The notes below the pieces were generated by a model, which made no database searches, was not told where the DNA came from, and saw only the letters and a list, made by a program, of their open reading frames with translations. Below, piece by piece: positions 26,815-40,491 of a stretch of 64,000 bases of DNA. Within the stretch, counting starts at the first letter, position 1. The number at the start of each line of letters is the position of its first letter. This DNA is from Bugula neritina (taxonomy: Eukaryota; Animalia; Bryozoa): positions 17,204,633-17,268,632 of the forward strand of contig OZ037769.1 in the NCBI GenBank assembly GCA_964035545.1, written 5' to 3'. Position numbers and translations under genes: made by a program.

Positions 26815-27952
26815 CTCCTCCCACTAAGCTCCTCTCACTAAGCTCCTCCCACTTCCTCTACTTCTCTGTTGCTCCATCTAGCCAATGCCGGGGGGGCAGA
26901 TGATGTTACTGCTGGTACATAGTCTATGACATAAAATCTACTCATAGCCTCAGCATCCTCGAGTCTAGGCTAGCCTTAGGTACCCTTTATTTATTCTCCA
27001 ACTTGGTGTGGACTGTATATTCACCTTCTCCGTATCAAGTTCTCATTTTTATACAAAGTTACTCACATTATTCCAATGAAAGTGAGTTTTACACACGGCA
27101 CGTGGGACTCTTTATTCTTGTACTAACTGACGGACCCTCCGTGACGGACCCGCCGTGACGGACCCTCCGTAATGGACTAATAGCTGCTATACCAACTCTA
27201 GTTGCACTGAGTATTCGTATATTCTGAGGCTGTGTTTAGTTATTGTTTGCTAGTACTGTATGTGAAATGTTGTTGAGAATGTTATTATATGAAAATATAA
27301 ACTATAACAATACAAGTACTCTGCTGACTCGTTGTTGATGACTTTCCTTAGGGGGTGGAGCTAACATTACTTCTACCATTTTATCACTTTGTAATTGTAT
27401 ATCGAATAACTTTCCCAGAACCCAGTCTATACTGTGGGTATTCTTGGTGTTAACCCAACTACACGCATTGGTTTGAAATTCAACCAATTATGGCATGGCT
27501 TTCTTTCTTGAAACTTATTTTCACTGCATTGCATTAAATGAGTGGCTGGCAGTTGTCCAATCACAGCGCAGTACAGGGTCCAAGATGTGGGATATGAAAC
27601 TAAGCCTTCTGCTGCTACAGATAGTCTGTAAACTACAGGTGTAACTAAACCAAACCACCAATCAAACAATTCAATGCAGATTTGCTTTGCTGATGCTGAC
27701 AGTGAGCTGCCAATTTCTCTACAGGCAGCCAAGTTATGATATCTCATAGTTTATCATGTAGTAATGTGTAGTAGAGGTTTTAGTATTCTTCATGAGTTGT
27801 AGAGTTATACTGTAGCATCTGGGACAACTTGTGTATCTAGTCACTGTGATGACATTAACCTATTATACTCTGAGAGTATTGTTGGACGTGTAGTGATGAC
27901 ATTGTGTCTAGCATTACGCGATAGACTTCTCTCTACATTGTAAGATATCAAC

Positions 27953-30900
27953 ATGTTACCTGCAGTACTAGTATCTACACTCCTAGGGGGGTATACACTC
28001 CTAGGGGGGTGTATAGTCCTAGTACGTAGTCAGTGCCCACCTACATGTAACTGTGCTGACGTGCTGCTCAACTGCGCCAGAGATAGGCTAATAGACACTC
28101 TTGATAACACAACCATCAGCATTACCTCCTCCAGACTTCCCAACCTGCAAACTATACAGTCGAACAGTATTAAGGTATTTGCTATATATAGTTAACATTT
28201 ATTATATAAACACTATAATATATAGTCGACCCATTTCACTGCATACTGTTACAGATATCACCAACTTCATCTGCAGAGCGACTTCGTATTTCAGAAAACA
28301 CAAACCTTGAGGTTAGTAATCAACTATATTATCTATATTTCTGGTACTATATAATATATCATAGCAATTATTGTATTCACTAATATACTGTATCATATAT
28401 CTCATTAAACCATATCATATCATGTTATATGCCCTGGAAGGTGTGTTTTAGACAGTCTCACTAAACTTTCACCCAAGTATAGTTACGCTAAAGTCGGTGA
28501 CTATACACGGGAACTCCCGTCTGCGTTCCGTAGAGTACATGAAGAGGAATCAGGAGCAGGTCCTCAAGCTAGACATACATCAGTTACTCATCACTAGAAA
28601 CCGGCAGCTCTCTAAGCTAGACATAAGATTCTGGTGGGTGAACTTTTCAATTAGCAGTTGTCTCTCTTGTATATAGATTCGAGTTGATATGTAATGTAGT
28701 GTTTTGTTTCATAAGAGTTGTCTTCTCTATGGGTTGTTGAACTTGTTACTATGGCAACTGTATAGTTCAGAGTGGATGGTACCAGATACAGACATTCTGT
28801 TGCTATCAATCTTTTACGTAGAGCATGACATCCAAAGTTTTATTATATTATATTATATTATATTATATTGTATTATATTATATCCACGGTTCTAAACATT
28901 TTCTCTAAAGAATCTGTGGGATAACTCCTTTTCTTTATTTGTATTTCATATGAAGGGTGTTGGAGAATGTGCGAACTATCAACTTATCCCATAATTCCTT
29001 GGAGTATATCCTGCCTGGGACATTCGCAAGCAAGGCTCGCTTTCTCACCACGGTCTGTTCAATTTTTAGAACTATGTTAGTTTTGACCTTGACACTAGTA
29101 GGGGTCTATTTCTGCCTGTTTAACTCCCTCCAAACATTAGTGTGTCTTTTGTAAAGTATGCCGAGTTTGAATGTTTCTGGCTGTCCTTAAAAAATCAAAC
29201 TTATTTTCACTCGTGAGCATATTTTTATTGTAGGTAGATATATTGATAATGTAGGTAGATCTATTATTAATGTAGTTAGATTTATTATTATTGTAGGTAG
29301 ATGTATTACTATTGTAGGTAGATGTATTATTATTGTAGGTAGATGCATTATTATTGTAGGTAGATGTATTGTTATTGCAGGTAGATGTATTATTATTGTA
29401 GGTAGATGTATTTCTATTGTAGGTAGATGTATTTCTATTGTAGGTAGATGTATTATTATTGTAGGTAGATGCATTATTATTGTAGGTAGATGTATTGTTA
29501 TTGCAGGGAGATGTACTATTATTGTAGGTAGATGTATTATTATTGTAGGTAGATGCATTATTATTGTAGGTAGATGTACTATTATTGTAGGTAGATGTAT
29601 TATTATTGTAGGTAGATCTAAGTGGCAACAGGTTGCAGAGTCTTTACTATTGCTCGATATTTGAGTTGTTTGAGTTGTCCCCTCTTGTATCCTCCTCTGA
29701 CCTCACTCTGTATATACAAGATAACGAGTTTGTGTGTAACTGCCACCACCTCTACCTCACCAACATCACAAATGGCTCCTGGTACGTAAGTAATAGCAAT
29801 AAGTATGCACTTACTAGTAAGTATTAGCGGTAAGTATATACATAAAGGCTGTGTAAGTTAGTAATATTAGTAAGTATATTATACTTACATCACAGATTGT
29901 TCCAGACAAGTACTGCATGTTATAATATTTGAGATAGTTGTTTCTTGGATTCTCATTAATTAAACGCATTTCATTCTTTTTCCGAGTTTTATTAGTTTTT
30001 CTAAAACTCTATTTCCGTATAAAATTACATCTCAGTAGTTAATTTGGAATGATTTCTAACCTCTGAATACTCTATGAAAGGAGAGCCCAGAATCTGACTC
30101 AGAGGTTAGTTCTGATTGACAGAACAACAAATCTGGCGTGTGCATCTCCAGCCAAGGAAAGACAAAACACTCTTTTCTCATTCTCTGTTGACTCGTGTGA
30201 CGATCAACACACCTCCCCGTGTTCCAGCTGCCCCGAGTGTGAGTAAAGGCTAGGTTTTGTTCAGTACAATCAACATATATCGCTGTGTTATACCCGCTCT
30301 AGTTTGTTAGCACAACTCTCACAAGTCTATCTAACGATTTATTCTGAGCTTCTTTGTACTTTCTTGACTTGTTGTTTCACAGTGACCTCTAAACTGAAAG
30401 TAGACAATATCTGTGGCTGTGGCAAATGTCAAACGTGTGATAGAGATCATAGTTGTGCGAGGGGTCAATGTCAACACAACACGTGTGAACATGGTGGCTG
30501 TGTTTACATTCCTAAGTACGATCGGTTTGGTAAGTGTCGCATTGTGATATGTAAGTGCGTGTGCACTATAGAAACATGTAAGTACATCTGCACTATGCTA
30601 ATATGTAAGTACATCTGCACTATAATAATATGTAAGTACATGTGCACTATGATAATATGTAAGTACGTGTGCACTATAAAAATAATATGTAAGTACATCT
30701 GCACTATGATAATATGTAAATTCTTTTCATCACTAAGAGTCTTGTAGCTTTTGTACTCCCATTTTGTAAAGCGGACTATGTGTATAGTCTGTAACAGTTG
30801 TGGAGCTCAGTCAAGATGTGGGTATTTGCATTGTCTATGGAAGTGGACTGTAAGAAGACATTAACTGACATTATTGTAGAATGTCAATGTCAGAGTGGTT

Positions 30901-32810
30901 ACACGGGGACTCAGTGCTCTCTGCCACCATCACCTTGTCACATGACTTCCTGTCCGGCACTCCAGCGTTGTGTGGTAGAGACGGGGAATCAAGCAGTTTG
31001 TATCAGTCAGTATTGAGATAACTACAATGTATAATACAGAGTAGTAGAGTATAGATATACTGTAGATATTCACATATAATACAGAGTAGTAGAGTATAGG
31101 TATACTGTAGATATTCACATATAATACAGAGTAGTAGAGTATAGATATACTGTAGATATTCACATATAATACAGAGTAGTAGAGTATAGATATACTGTAG
31201 ATATTCACATATAATACAGAGTAGTAGAGTATAGATGTACTGTAGATATTCACATATAATACAGAGTGGTAGAGTATAGATATACTGTAGATATTAACAT
31301 ATATAATACAGAATAGTAGACATGTTGTATTACTTCCCACCAGCTGATCCGATGCACGTTCGAGCAAAGTTTGGTAACAGAAGAGCGAAGGCGTGTCTAG
31401 TGAAAGCCGACTGCACATTATTGAGGAACTCAGACTGTAAGACTGGGTACTGCGTGTGTGGTGACGAGTTAGTGGCACACAACTCCACTTGCATCACCTC
31501 GTGGGGTACGCCATCTCCCTTACAATTTTGTAGTGTATATGTAGTGTATTGCTGTAGTACTATGCAGTGTATTGTTGTACTAGATGTAGTGTATTGTTGT
31601 ACTATATGCAGTGTGTTGTTGCAGTACCCTGTAAAGAAGATAGACAATGCTACAAAGCAGACGTGGACGTAGAATGTGGAGGGAAAGCGGTTCTAACGTA
31701 TCACAGGAAACACCTAAGCTCCGAGTCCGACTGCTTGTGTTATCTTTACGCTTCCAGTGAGACAGAGAAAGAGGACTGCTTGAGATACAGTAAGTCGCTA
31801 CCTGCAGTAAGTACTACATGACGTGAGTTACTACGGGATGTAAGTTACTACATGAAGTGAGTTACTACGTGAAGTAAGTTACTACGTGAAGTAAGTACAA
31901 CGTGAAGTAAGTACTACGTAAAGTAAGTACTACGTAAAGTAAGTTACTACGTGAAGTAAGTTACTACGTGATGTAAGTACTACGTGATGTAAGTTACTAC
32001 GTGACGTAATATATATATACTTGTAGGGTATAAAACAAATTTGTTGTCCCTGAGATATTCAGCAGAGAAAAAATTCTACCAGTTTGAAGATCCATTCCTT
32101 CTCCCGATCATCATAGCCTTTGTGGGTATAATAGGAAACGTCGCTGTGTTCATTGGGAAAAGAGTTTTAAAAGAAAGGACAAAGAGAAGAAAGGAAGAGA
32201 AAAATGAGCGGAGTAAGCAAGCTAACCTTATATACTTTTTGTTGATCATAAACTCAACTATAAACATAAGGTAAATTCCTACTAAAGGTTATTACAGGAG
32301 ATGCTGCCACTTTAGAGAGAGACAAACAGTTTTCATGCTTCGTGCTTCTATTTGCTGTGTCGTCCTGCATGGTCTCATCATAACTGTATTATAGTACCAG
32401 AAAGAATGATATTAGAAAGGTAATTCAGGCAAACTCTCTCATTATGCGGGTCGTACACCATCAGCTCATGTTTCTCTTCTAGGAAAAAGGAGAGAAGAAG
32501 AGATGAATAAAAATATAGACGAGAAAAGACAGACTAACAAGTTGCGCAAGAAGGGAAGACGGCGCAGCACTTTTGATGATAACAGCCCGACTAACTCTGG
32601 ACATATCTTCAGTAGAGCAGGTCAGTTGGCTTTTTGGTTGCCTCAGTTTTGCCTTCTACTCCGTCTCGATCACTCATTTAATAGAAAGTTAGCTCCTTGA
32701 GTTAACAAGACAACCTAATGATTTCAGCGACACACGAAATTCGGCAGCTTCAGTGTAGAGCTTTCAATTTTCTAAAGTTTGCTGCAGCCATTTTGCTGCT
32801 AGAAATGTAG
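27953..32810 (+). CDS. Type I membrane protein: signal peptide, LRRNT, LRRs, LRRCT, EGF-like and Cys-rich (EB-like) modules, TM, basic tail
   Basis: Exons 27953-28174, 28255-28311, 28452-28633, 28956-29052, 29612-29781, 30081-30238, 30383-30529, 30880-31005, 31344-31505, 31625-31789, 32063-32212, 32483-32620 and tentatively 32728-32810. Motifs CPPTCNC, INLSHNSL, VDLSGNRL, NEFVCNC..CASP, CQCQSGYTGTQC, and TM FLLPIIIAFVGIIGNVAVFIG. Confidence 0.82.
29226..29617 (+). repeat. 21-bp minisatellite built from a 3' splice site (tattattattgtag|gtagatg, 19 copies)
   Basis: AG recurs every 21 nt from 29233 to 29611; the last one is the in-frame acceptor of exon VDLSGNRL. Confidence 0.95.
30530..30720 (+). 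repeat. 27-bp minisatellite beginning with gtaagt (donor-derived)
   Basis: gtaagtacatctgcactatgataatat, ~7 copies starting at the donor 30530. Confidence 0.9.
31030..31312. repeat. Intronic 45-bp minisatellite (~6 copies)
   Basis: atataatacagagtagtagagtatagatatactgtagatattcac tandem copies. Confidence 0.93.
31790..32008 (+). repeat. 16-17-bp minisatellite of gtaagt/gtgagt donor hexamers
   Basis: gtaagt(t)actacgtgaa, ~13 copies starting at the donor 31790. Confidence 0.88.
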
Positions 32811-33394
32811 GAAAACATTGCATGATGCTGGTAAATAGAGCAACATATTATAAGCTGCACTTAATTAAATGTGTTTGTAGATTATGTATGATATGAGAAG
32901 TACTGATGGGGCCTAGTAAGGAGTCTAGCTGTAGTCGTTTAGCAGAAGAACAGAAGTAATGTTTGAGCAGATGGCACTCTTCGTCTTGTCCTATTCCTGT
33001 ATATATTCAGTGTGACGTTATTATATTCTACTTGTCATATATCTTCACGGTTTGGAAATAAATGGGTTGATTTTGATAATATATATTTATTTAGTCACAT
33101 GTGCTGACCCTTCACTTAAGAGTCAGCATACGGTTGCTTTCTGCTTTGGGCTCAAGACGGTAGTAGTCTTAGATTGAAACTTACAGTAAAATAATTGTTA
33201 AAACATACAGGAAATTAATGAGGGTCTACAGTTGGTTAACGAGATAGTGTCTAAGTTACCGTTGCTAATGATAGCCATTATTACGTGGTTGAGGTATATT
33301 CTAAGATGTACAGACATAGGACTGTTTCAAGGGTAACTTTCAGTTTATTACAAATATTGACTGACAATAATACAGGACAACAACTAAAACACTT

Positions 33395-36300
33395 TTACAC
33401 AAACTTTAAAGCAGTTTTTCTTTTGTCATTTGCTGGTTCTTTGTTCACTTGATTACCAAACCTACAAGTGTAAATAGTGTGTTACAAAAACTTCTCTTTT
33501 TCAACATACAATCTCAAAGGGTGAACAACTAAATATTCAAAGGTTTATTTAGTTATCGTACTTTAGCAGCAAGATGGCAGCATGATGCGTATAATATGCA
33601 CGGAGTGAGAAATTGAGCACTTCAATCCCAATGAGCCAATCACACACAAGCTTCGTAAATGCTGCGAATAGCTACTTGATACTACAAGATAACCAATAGA
33701 GTTCTAGTATACAGAATTTAATCTTATGAACAGGTTTAATATACAAGCACTGGTTTTCAGGAATAACAGACTGTATTGGACGGTTTAAAAGTGTGAAAAC
33801 CCGAAAGTTATTTACAGTACCTTTCTCTCTGAGTCCCTGGGGCAGTCTTCACTCTCCCCTTACTTTTCACTAGAGTATCTGAGGCTACAAAGTTAACATC
33901 TGAAGAATAAACTATGCGGTGGTGGACAGGTGGTTGACAGGTGTTGGTCACATGTGTTGCCATGGAGACATAGTCTGATACACACATACACATTATCACA
34001 GTGCTACTTGGACTCATAGCTCTTACCTGTAGACTCTATCCTCAACCTCGCTGTTTTCATAGAACCAGAAATCATGGAATGAGCGGAATAGAAAGATCCA
34101 CTGTCTAAAAGTAATCAACCAACCATGTGCTACTTCTATATAACAAGTGTGCTGATTGGCTGATCATGTTTGTTAGAACCAGTTAAATGAATCAACACAC
34201 ATTAGTGTATATTAGACTATATCTATAACCTGTAATCACTGTAGACCTTCTCTCTTCTCTGAAAACTCCATCAACCAGTCTCGGAGCTGGAACTAGTTCT
34301 GTGGCTGTAACAGAGACAATCTGCTAGCACTTGTCATACTAGTTACTATCTGGTACTACTATTTAGTACTAGTTACTACCAGGTTCTACATTAGTTACTA
34401 CTAGGTACTACGAGTTACTTGTACTAACTCTAATAACCACTCAGTTTGTGCTGCTCAGATCAGACAGCCTCAACTCACCACTGACGTATTCTGAACTCTC
34501 ACGATTCAACTCTCTAGTCACCTGCCTGGCTCTTTTCTTATTGGCCGAACCTGTAACATGTCACCAACACAAAGTTTTGCTCATGTCACATGTATAATCA
34601 TAGCAGTTTGAAATCTGACAATCAAAGTTCAACACTCTCGCATCCTTAGAAGCCTCTTTAGTCTCGTATCACTCACCTTTAGAAGTCTCTCCAGTCACAG
34701 TGTCATCAGAGTCATCTCTCCTTACATTTTCTTCTTTAGTTGGTTCGGCAGCGGCTGCTGGCAGCTTCTCAAAACTGCCAGAAACAGAAACTCTTTTCAC
34801 GCTCAGCAGATTTGACTCGTCTATTTCCGGAAGATACTCGTAAGAAGATTTACTCGCTGACTCTGACAACGAGTCACTCTCAACACTTTCTTTAGACGCT
34901 GCTGCTGGTAAAACGACGTCTAGTGGTGACTCGTCCACTTCCTCCAGTTTCAGCTGCTTCCTGTGACTGATCTGCTCCTGGATGGCCTCCCTCGTCGAGT
35001 GGATGTACTGCTCATATGCCGCTTTCTTAGACTCACTCAACAGTAACTCAGTTATCGTATCGCACACGGCCTCCATCTTGTCCTTGACTTCTATACGTCT
35101 GTCGTAATACTCCGACCCTTTTAGCGGATCACTCTTCATTTCATCTTCCGCCTCTCTCAACCTCTTCAGATTTAGCCACTCATACTGGAGATGTTGTTGT
35201 ATCGCCACACGGCCGTCTCTCATAGCCATCTCCTGGTTGAGCCTCTTTTTTTCTTCACGTTTCAACTCTTTGATTGACGACTCCAAATCATGTCTGACTG
35301 GGTTTCTATTCTCAAAAATACTTTTTAGACTGACTGCCCCTAAAGCCTCCTCGCTGGTGACAGGGTGGTCTGCCCTGTCTGCCTCAACTGAGAGGAAATA
35401 CACAGACTCCGTGCCAAAGTCGTCTAGAAACTCGTACACGAAGTCTGTATCAGAGAGCGAAGACTTTGGTACAGTTTCTGGGAAGACATCGCCAATACTG
35501 ACGACATAATCTCCCCTGACTGCAACGTTCTCACCCTGAGATAAGGGAGGCAGTATTTCTAGCTTGGTAGCATCTCCTTTACTTTGAATGTTCAGCCCTG
35601 TAACCATGGCAACTGTGAATGTGAAACACATTATATACATTAAACTTCAACTCATAATTAATACGAAATATTGTTAGTAACTATATTGGAATAAGGAAGA
35701 CTTATAAAGAGACACGAAATATATTTTGCTGTTAGTATCTGGTCTACCTCGTAGCTCTGTATAAGGTCCAGTAACCTGGTGTATATCAGCTGCAGGACTC
35801 ATCCAGCCTCCCTTTGAGAATACACAACACAGGTAGTGTTTACTTATTCAAGTATTGACATGGTAGTAGAAATTTAATCAAAGGAACACATTTTAGGGGT
35901 TGCTTGAGTGAATCTCAGCATATACCAACCTTTTGGTGAAGGTGTCTACTAGCTGGTGAATGGGGAGATGAACCTGCGACCCTCAGTTGAGAGAGATCTG
36001 GGACTATGAGATCAGAACTCAGACTATCCACACTAGACACTGCATCAAAGTAGTACTGACTCCAGTCTCTGAGAAACCGGGGAGAGACCTAGCAGAGTAG
36101 AGGTCAAGGTAACACAGTATACAGTAGAGGTCAAGGTAACACAGTATAGAGTAGAGGTCAAGGTGATATAGTATACAGTAGAGGTCAAGGTAACACAGTA
36201 TACAGTAGAGGTCAAGGTGATACAGTATAGAGTAGAGGTCAAGGTGATACAGTATACAGTAGAGGTCAAGGTGATACAGAGGTCAATGTGTGTAGAGAAT

Positions 36301-39300
36301 AATCTACCTTCGGGGTTCCAACTGCAAAATTGTTTTCAGTGGAGATATGAAACTTGCTCATAGCAACATTGTTTGGTAACACGCCATGTGTAGATCTAAC
36401 AGCAACATTGTCTGGTAACACACCATGTGTAGATCCAACAGCAACATTGTCTGGTAACATATCATGTGTAGATCTAACAGCAACATTGTCTGGTAACACG
36501 CCATGTGTAGATCTAATAGCAACATTGTCTGGTAACACACCATGTGTAGATCTAACAGCAACACTGTCTGGTAACACGCCATGTGTAGATCTAACAGCAA
36601 CATTGTCTGGTAACACGCCATGTGTAGATCTAACAGCAACATTGTCTGGTAACACGCCATGTGTAGATCTAACAGCAACATTGTCTGGTAACACACCATG
36701 TGTAGATCCAACAGCAACATTGTCTGGTAACATATCATGTGTAGATCTAACAGCAACATTGTCTAGTAACACGTCATGTGTAGATCTAACAGCAACATTG
36801 TCTGGTAACACGCCATGTGTAGATCTAACAGCAACATTGTCTGGTAACACACCATGTGTAGATCCAACAGCAACATTGTCTGGTAACATATCATGTGTAG
36901 ATCTAACAGCAACATTGTCTAGTAACACGTCATGTGTAGAATTAAAAGCAACATTGTCTGGTAACATACCATGTGTAGATCTAACAGCAACATTGTCTGG
37001 TAACACACCATGTGTGGAATTAAAAGTAACAATGTCTGGTAACATATGTTTAGATCCAATAGCAGTATTCTCTGGAAATAACTGTTTAAAACCAGCAGTA
37101 AAACCGTTTGGTAATATATTATGAGTGGAATGAGGAACAATACTGTTTGGTAAGACGATTTGAGTAGACTCAGGTGTAATACTGTTTGGTAACATGTGTG
37201 TTGTGCTTGTGATGTTATTGTCAGGTAACACATAACTCGATTTAGTACGAATGCTATCAGCCATATTGCTGGTGTAGCTATAAGCATGAATATCTGGTGT
37301 GACGTGACTGCGTGAGTTAGCCCTGACATTGTCAGGTAACACGCTACTGTCGGAAATGCTGGTAATTCTGTCAAATGAGTTGATTCTTTGTTGTAACGAA
37401 TCTTTGTGAAGACTGACACCTGATGAAATGTTGCTGTATATGTCTACATTGTCTGGTAACACGCCCTTGTAAGAGGCAATATTATTTGGTAACGTGGTGA
37501 GGTAACTATTATTAGTACGAGGTGACAAGTCACCGAAAGTATTGGTATTGCTTGGTAACACATCAGAGTAACTTTTGCTGTTGGTTTGTTTGCCATCAAT
37601 TTTTAAGAAGCTGCTTTTGAAATCCGGGACTGTGTGTAGAGACAGCTTATCAGAGAGAAAAGTATTTTCCCTTGAGGGTATCTTTAGCCTACAGGTAATA
37701 TAATTATACAGCATATAATATATACAGTGTATAATATATACAGCATATAATATATACAGTGTATAATATATACAGCGTATAATATATACAGCGTATAATA
37801 TATACAGCGTATAATATATACAGCGTATAATATATACAGCGTATAATATATACAGCGTATAATATATACAGCGTATAATATATACAGTGTATAATATATA
37901 CAGTGTATAATATATACAGTGTATAATATATACAGTGTATAATATATACAGTGTACAATATATACAACGTATAATATATACAACGTATAATATATACAGC
38001 GTATAATATATACAGCGTATAACATATACAGTGTATAATATATACAGCGTATAATATATACAGTAGTACAGGTAATATATACAGTAATACAGGTAATATA
38101 TACAGTAATACAGGTAATATATACAGTAATACAGGTAATACACACCAAAGAACTCACCTGGATATACCAGAATCCCCAGCAAGCAAGTCACCAGCCGATA
38201 CTCTGGTGTAACCAGCAGACAAGGGGAGGGAAATCTTTCTCTCTACAATCAGTTGGGACTCTAACATCCCTTACATACTATATGATAGTAATAACTAACA
38301 TATGTTATAATAATATACCTTATAGTAATATATATTACAATTTAATATACATTATAATAATATCTTATAGTAATATATATTATAATTTGATATATTATAG
38401 TAAGGTATGCTAATGTTTTATTATTTCAATGCATTTTATTAAAAAAATAATTTTAAAATTATATAAAAATACTTATTTTCATGGCAGTACCAATTCCTAA
38501 TAATTATATAGAAACTCACTCGAAGCGTTTTGATTGGTCGATTTTCTACAAGGAAAACTCTTCAATGGAGGGAATTTAAGCTCAGCCGTTCTACCGACTT
38601 TCTCAGCACATTTAGCCTTAGCTCTGCTGTTTAGACGGCTCTTTAGTGAGGACGTAACAAACACACCCTTTGATGGTTTGGATATGACTCTACAAGGAGT
38701 TATCATACTTGTAGATGTTATTTCGTCTTATATTCTCAAATATTATGAAGTTTAAACTTATAAACTTTGCTAAATATCAGAGAATCTATTATTAAGATTA
38801 TAGAGAAAGTGAAACAGCATACCTGTTGAGTGTCTTTCTCACAGACCGCTGACTGGGATTGTATCGGCAGCATCTCTTTACGAGCTGTGAGGCATCGGAC
38901 TTTAGATGACGTTCTGTCAGCTCGTGAGGTACTGACTCTCTGAAATACAGAATACACTTTAGTTTACACAGTATAGTGTAGATATTATACAGTATAGTCT
39001 AGATATTATACAGTATAGTCTAGATATTATACAGTACAGTCTAGATATTATACAGTATAGTCTAGATATTATACAGTATAGTGTAGATATTATACAGTAT
39101 AGTCTAGATATTATACAGTATAGTCTAGATATTATACAGTACAGTCTAGATATTATACAGTACAGTCTAGATATTATACAGTATACTATAATTTCATTGG
39201 ATAAATCTTACCGACTATTTTTCTCAAACTCTTGCCAACTTCTACTTGGATGTGAAAGGACAGACTCTTCATTTGTGATCTTCTGAAAAAACATGCGACA

Positions 39301-40458
39301 ATGTATTGTGTGACAGTGTAGTGTGACAGTGTAGTGTGACAGTGTATAGTGTGACAGTGTAGTGTGACAGTGTATAGTGTGACAGTATAGTGTGACAGTA
39401 TAGTGTGACAGTATAGTGTGACAGTGTAGTGTGACAGCATAGTGTGACAGTATAGTGTGACAGTATAGTGTGACCACACTCACCTGAGCATCAAGCTGAA
39501 TGGAACTGTCAATAGAAATCTTGAACTTGCTACGAGCTGTTAGCCTGTTTATACTTCTTCTTTTTTCACCTTTAGAATAAAACTTCCCTCGACACTTTAA
39601 ACATCTAGGACCTGCATAATATTAACTTATTGTATAATATGCAAATATGACTTTATAAATAAATAAATATACAATATATAATACATAGTTAGATAAATCA
39701 ACATACAATGCTTATAAATTTATTCAATTTCATCAAAAGTTTAAATAAAAAACATGGTTAAAAATTTGACAGCTTCATTTAATTGAAATGCAAAATCTTT
39801 ACAGTTTGTATATTCTACAGTTACTCATACTATTCTACAGTTACTCATAATATTCTACAGTTACTCATAATATTCTACAGTTACTCATAATATTCTACAG
39901 TTACTCATAATATTCTACAGTTACTCATACTATTCTACAGTTACTCATAATATTCTACAGTTACTCATAATATTCTACAGTTACTCATAATATTCTACAG
40001 TTACTCATAATATTCTACAGTTACTCATAATATTCTACAGTTACCCATAATATTCTACAGTTACCCATAATATTCTACAGTTACTCATAATATTCTACAG
40101 TTACTCATAATATTCTACAGTTACTCATAATATTCTACAGTTACTCATAATATTCTACAGTTACTCATAATATTCTACAGTTACTCATAATATTCTACAG
40201 TTACTCATACTATTCTACAGTTACTCATAATATTCTACAGTTACTCATAATATTCTACAGTTACTCATAATATTCTACAGTTACTCATAATATTCTACAG
40301 TTACTCATAATATTCTACAGTTACTCATAATATTCTACAGTTACTCATAATATTCTACAGTTACTCATAATATTCTACAGTTAGCTACAATTAAATGAAT
40401 GTGTAGACAGCTACCAAATGTGCCAACTTTACTCACCACCAGCTTCAGTTAAACTCAT
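33395..40458 (-). CDS. Large uncharacterised multi-exon protein with a 13-aa tandem repeat and an acidic coiled-coil region
   Basis: Exon chain from ATG 40458 via ~39485-39612, 39212-39282, 38823-38939, 38518-38690, 38158-38242, 36308-37688, 35930-36088, 35748-35811, 34677-35611 and further small exons to TAA 33395. Central junctions are phase-checked; the others are approximate. No family recognised. Confidence 0.7.
36096..36285. repeat. Intronic 27-bp minisatellite
   Basis: gtagaggtcaaggtaacacagtataca x ~7. Confidence 0.9.
36360..37050 (-). repeat. Coding 39-bp repeat (HGVLPDNVAVRST x ~17)
   Basis: In-frame within exon 36308-37688; more degenerate LPxN copies extend to ~37570. Confidence 0.9.
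37706..38140. repeat. Intronic 17-bp plus 21-bp minisatellites
   Basis: cagcgtataatatata(ta) array followed by a cagtaatacaggtaatatata array, filling the intron. Confidence 0.93.
38968..39185. repeat. Intronic 21-bp minisatellite (cagtatagtctagatattata x10)
   Basis: Direct tandem copies. Confidence 0.95.
39308..39474. repeat. Intronic 13/15-bp minisatellite (gtgtgacagtata)
   Basis: Direct tandem copies abutting the donor. Confidence 0.93.
39810..40383. repeat. Intronic 20-bp minisatellite (tattctacagttactcataa x ~28)
   Basis: Near-perfect array. Confidence 0.97.
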
Positions 40459-40491
40459 GCCTGATGAGCAGAGGCGGGGTCAGGGGTCAGC

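Noticed and set aside
36354-37124. 256-aa plus-strand ORF antisense to the 39-bp coding repeat
   Set aside because: Openness is explained by repeat periodicity; only the minus frame fits the spliced gene
36266-38191. 641-aa ORF as a single-exon gene
   Set aside because: Its first ~165 aa are intronic repeat; the real exon is 36308-37688
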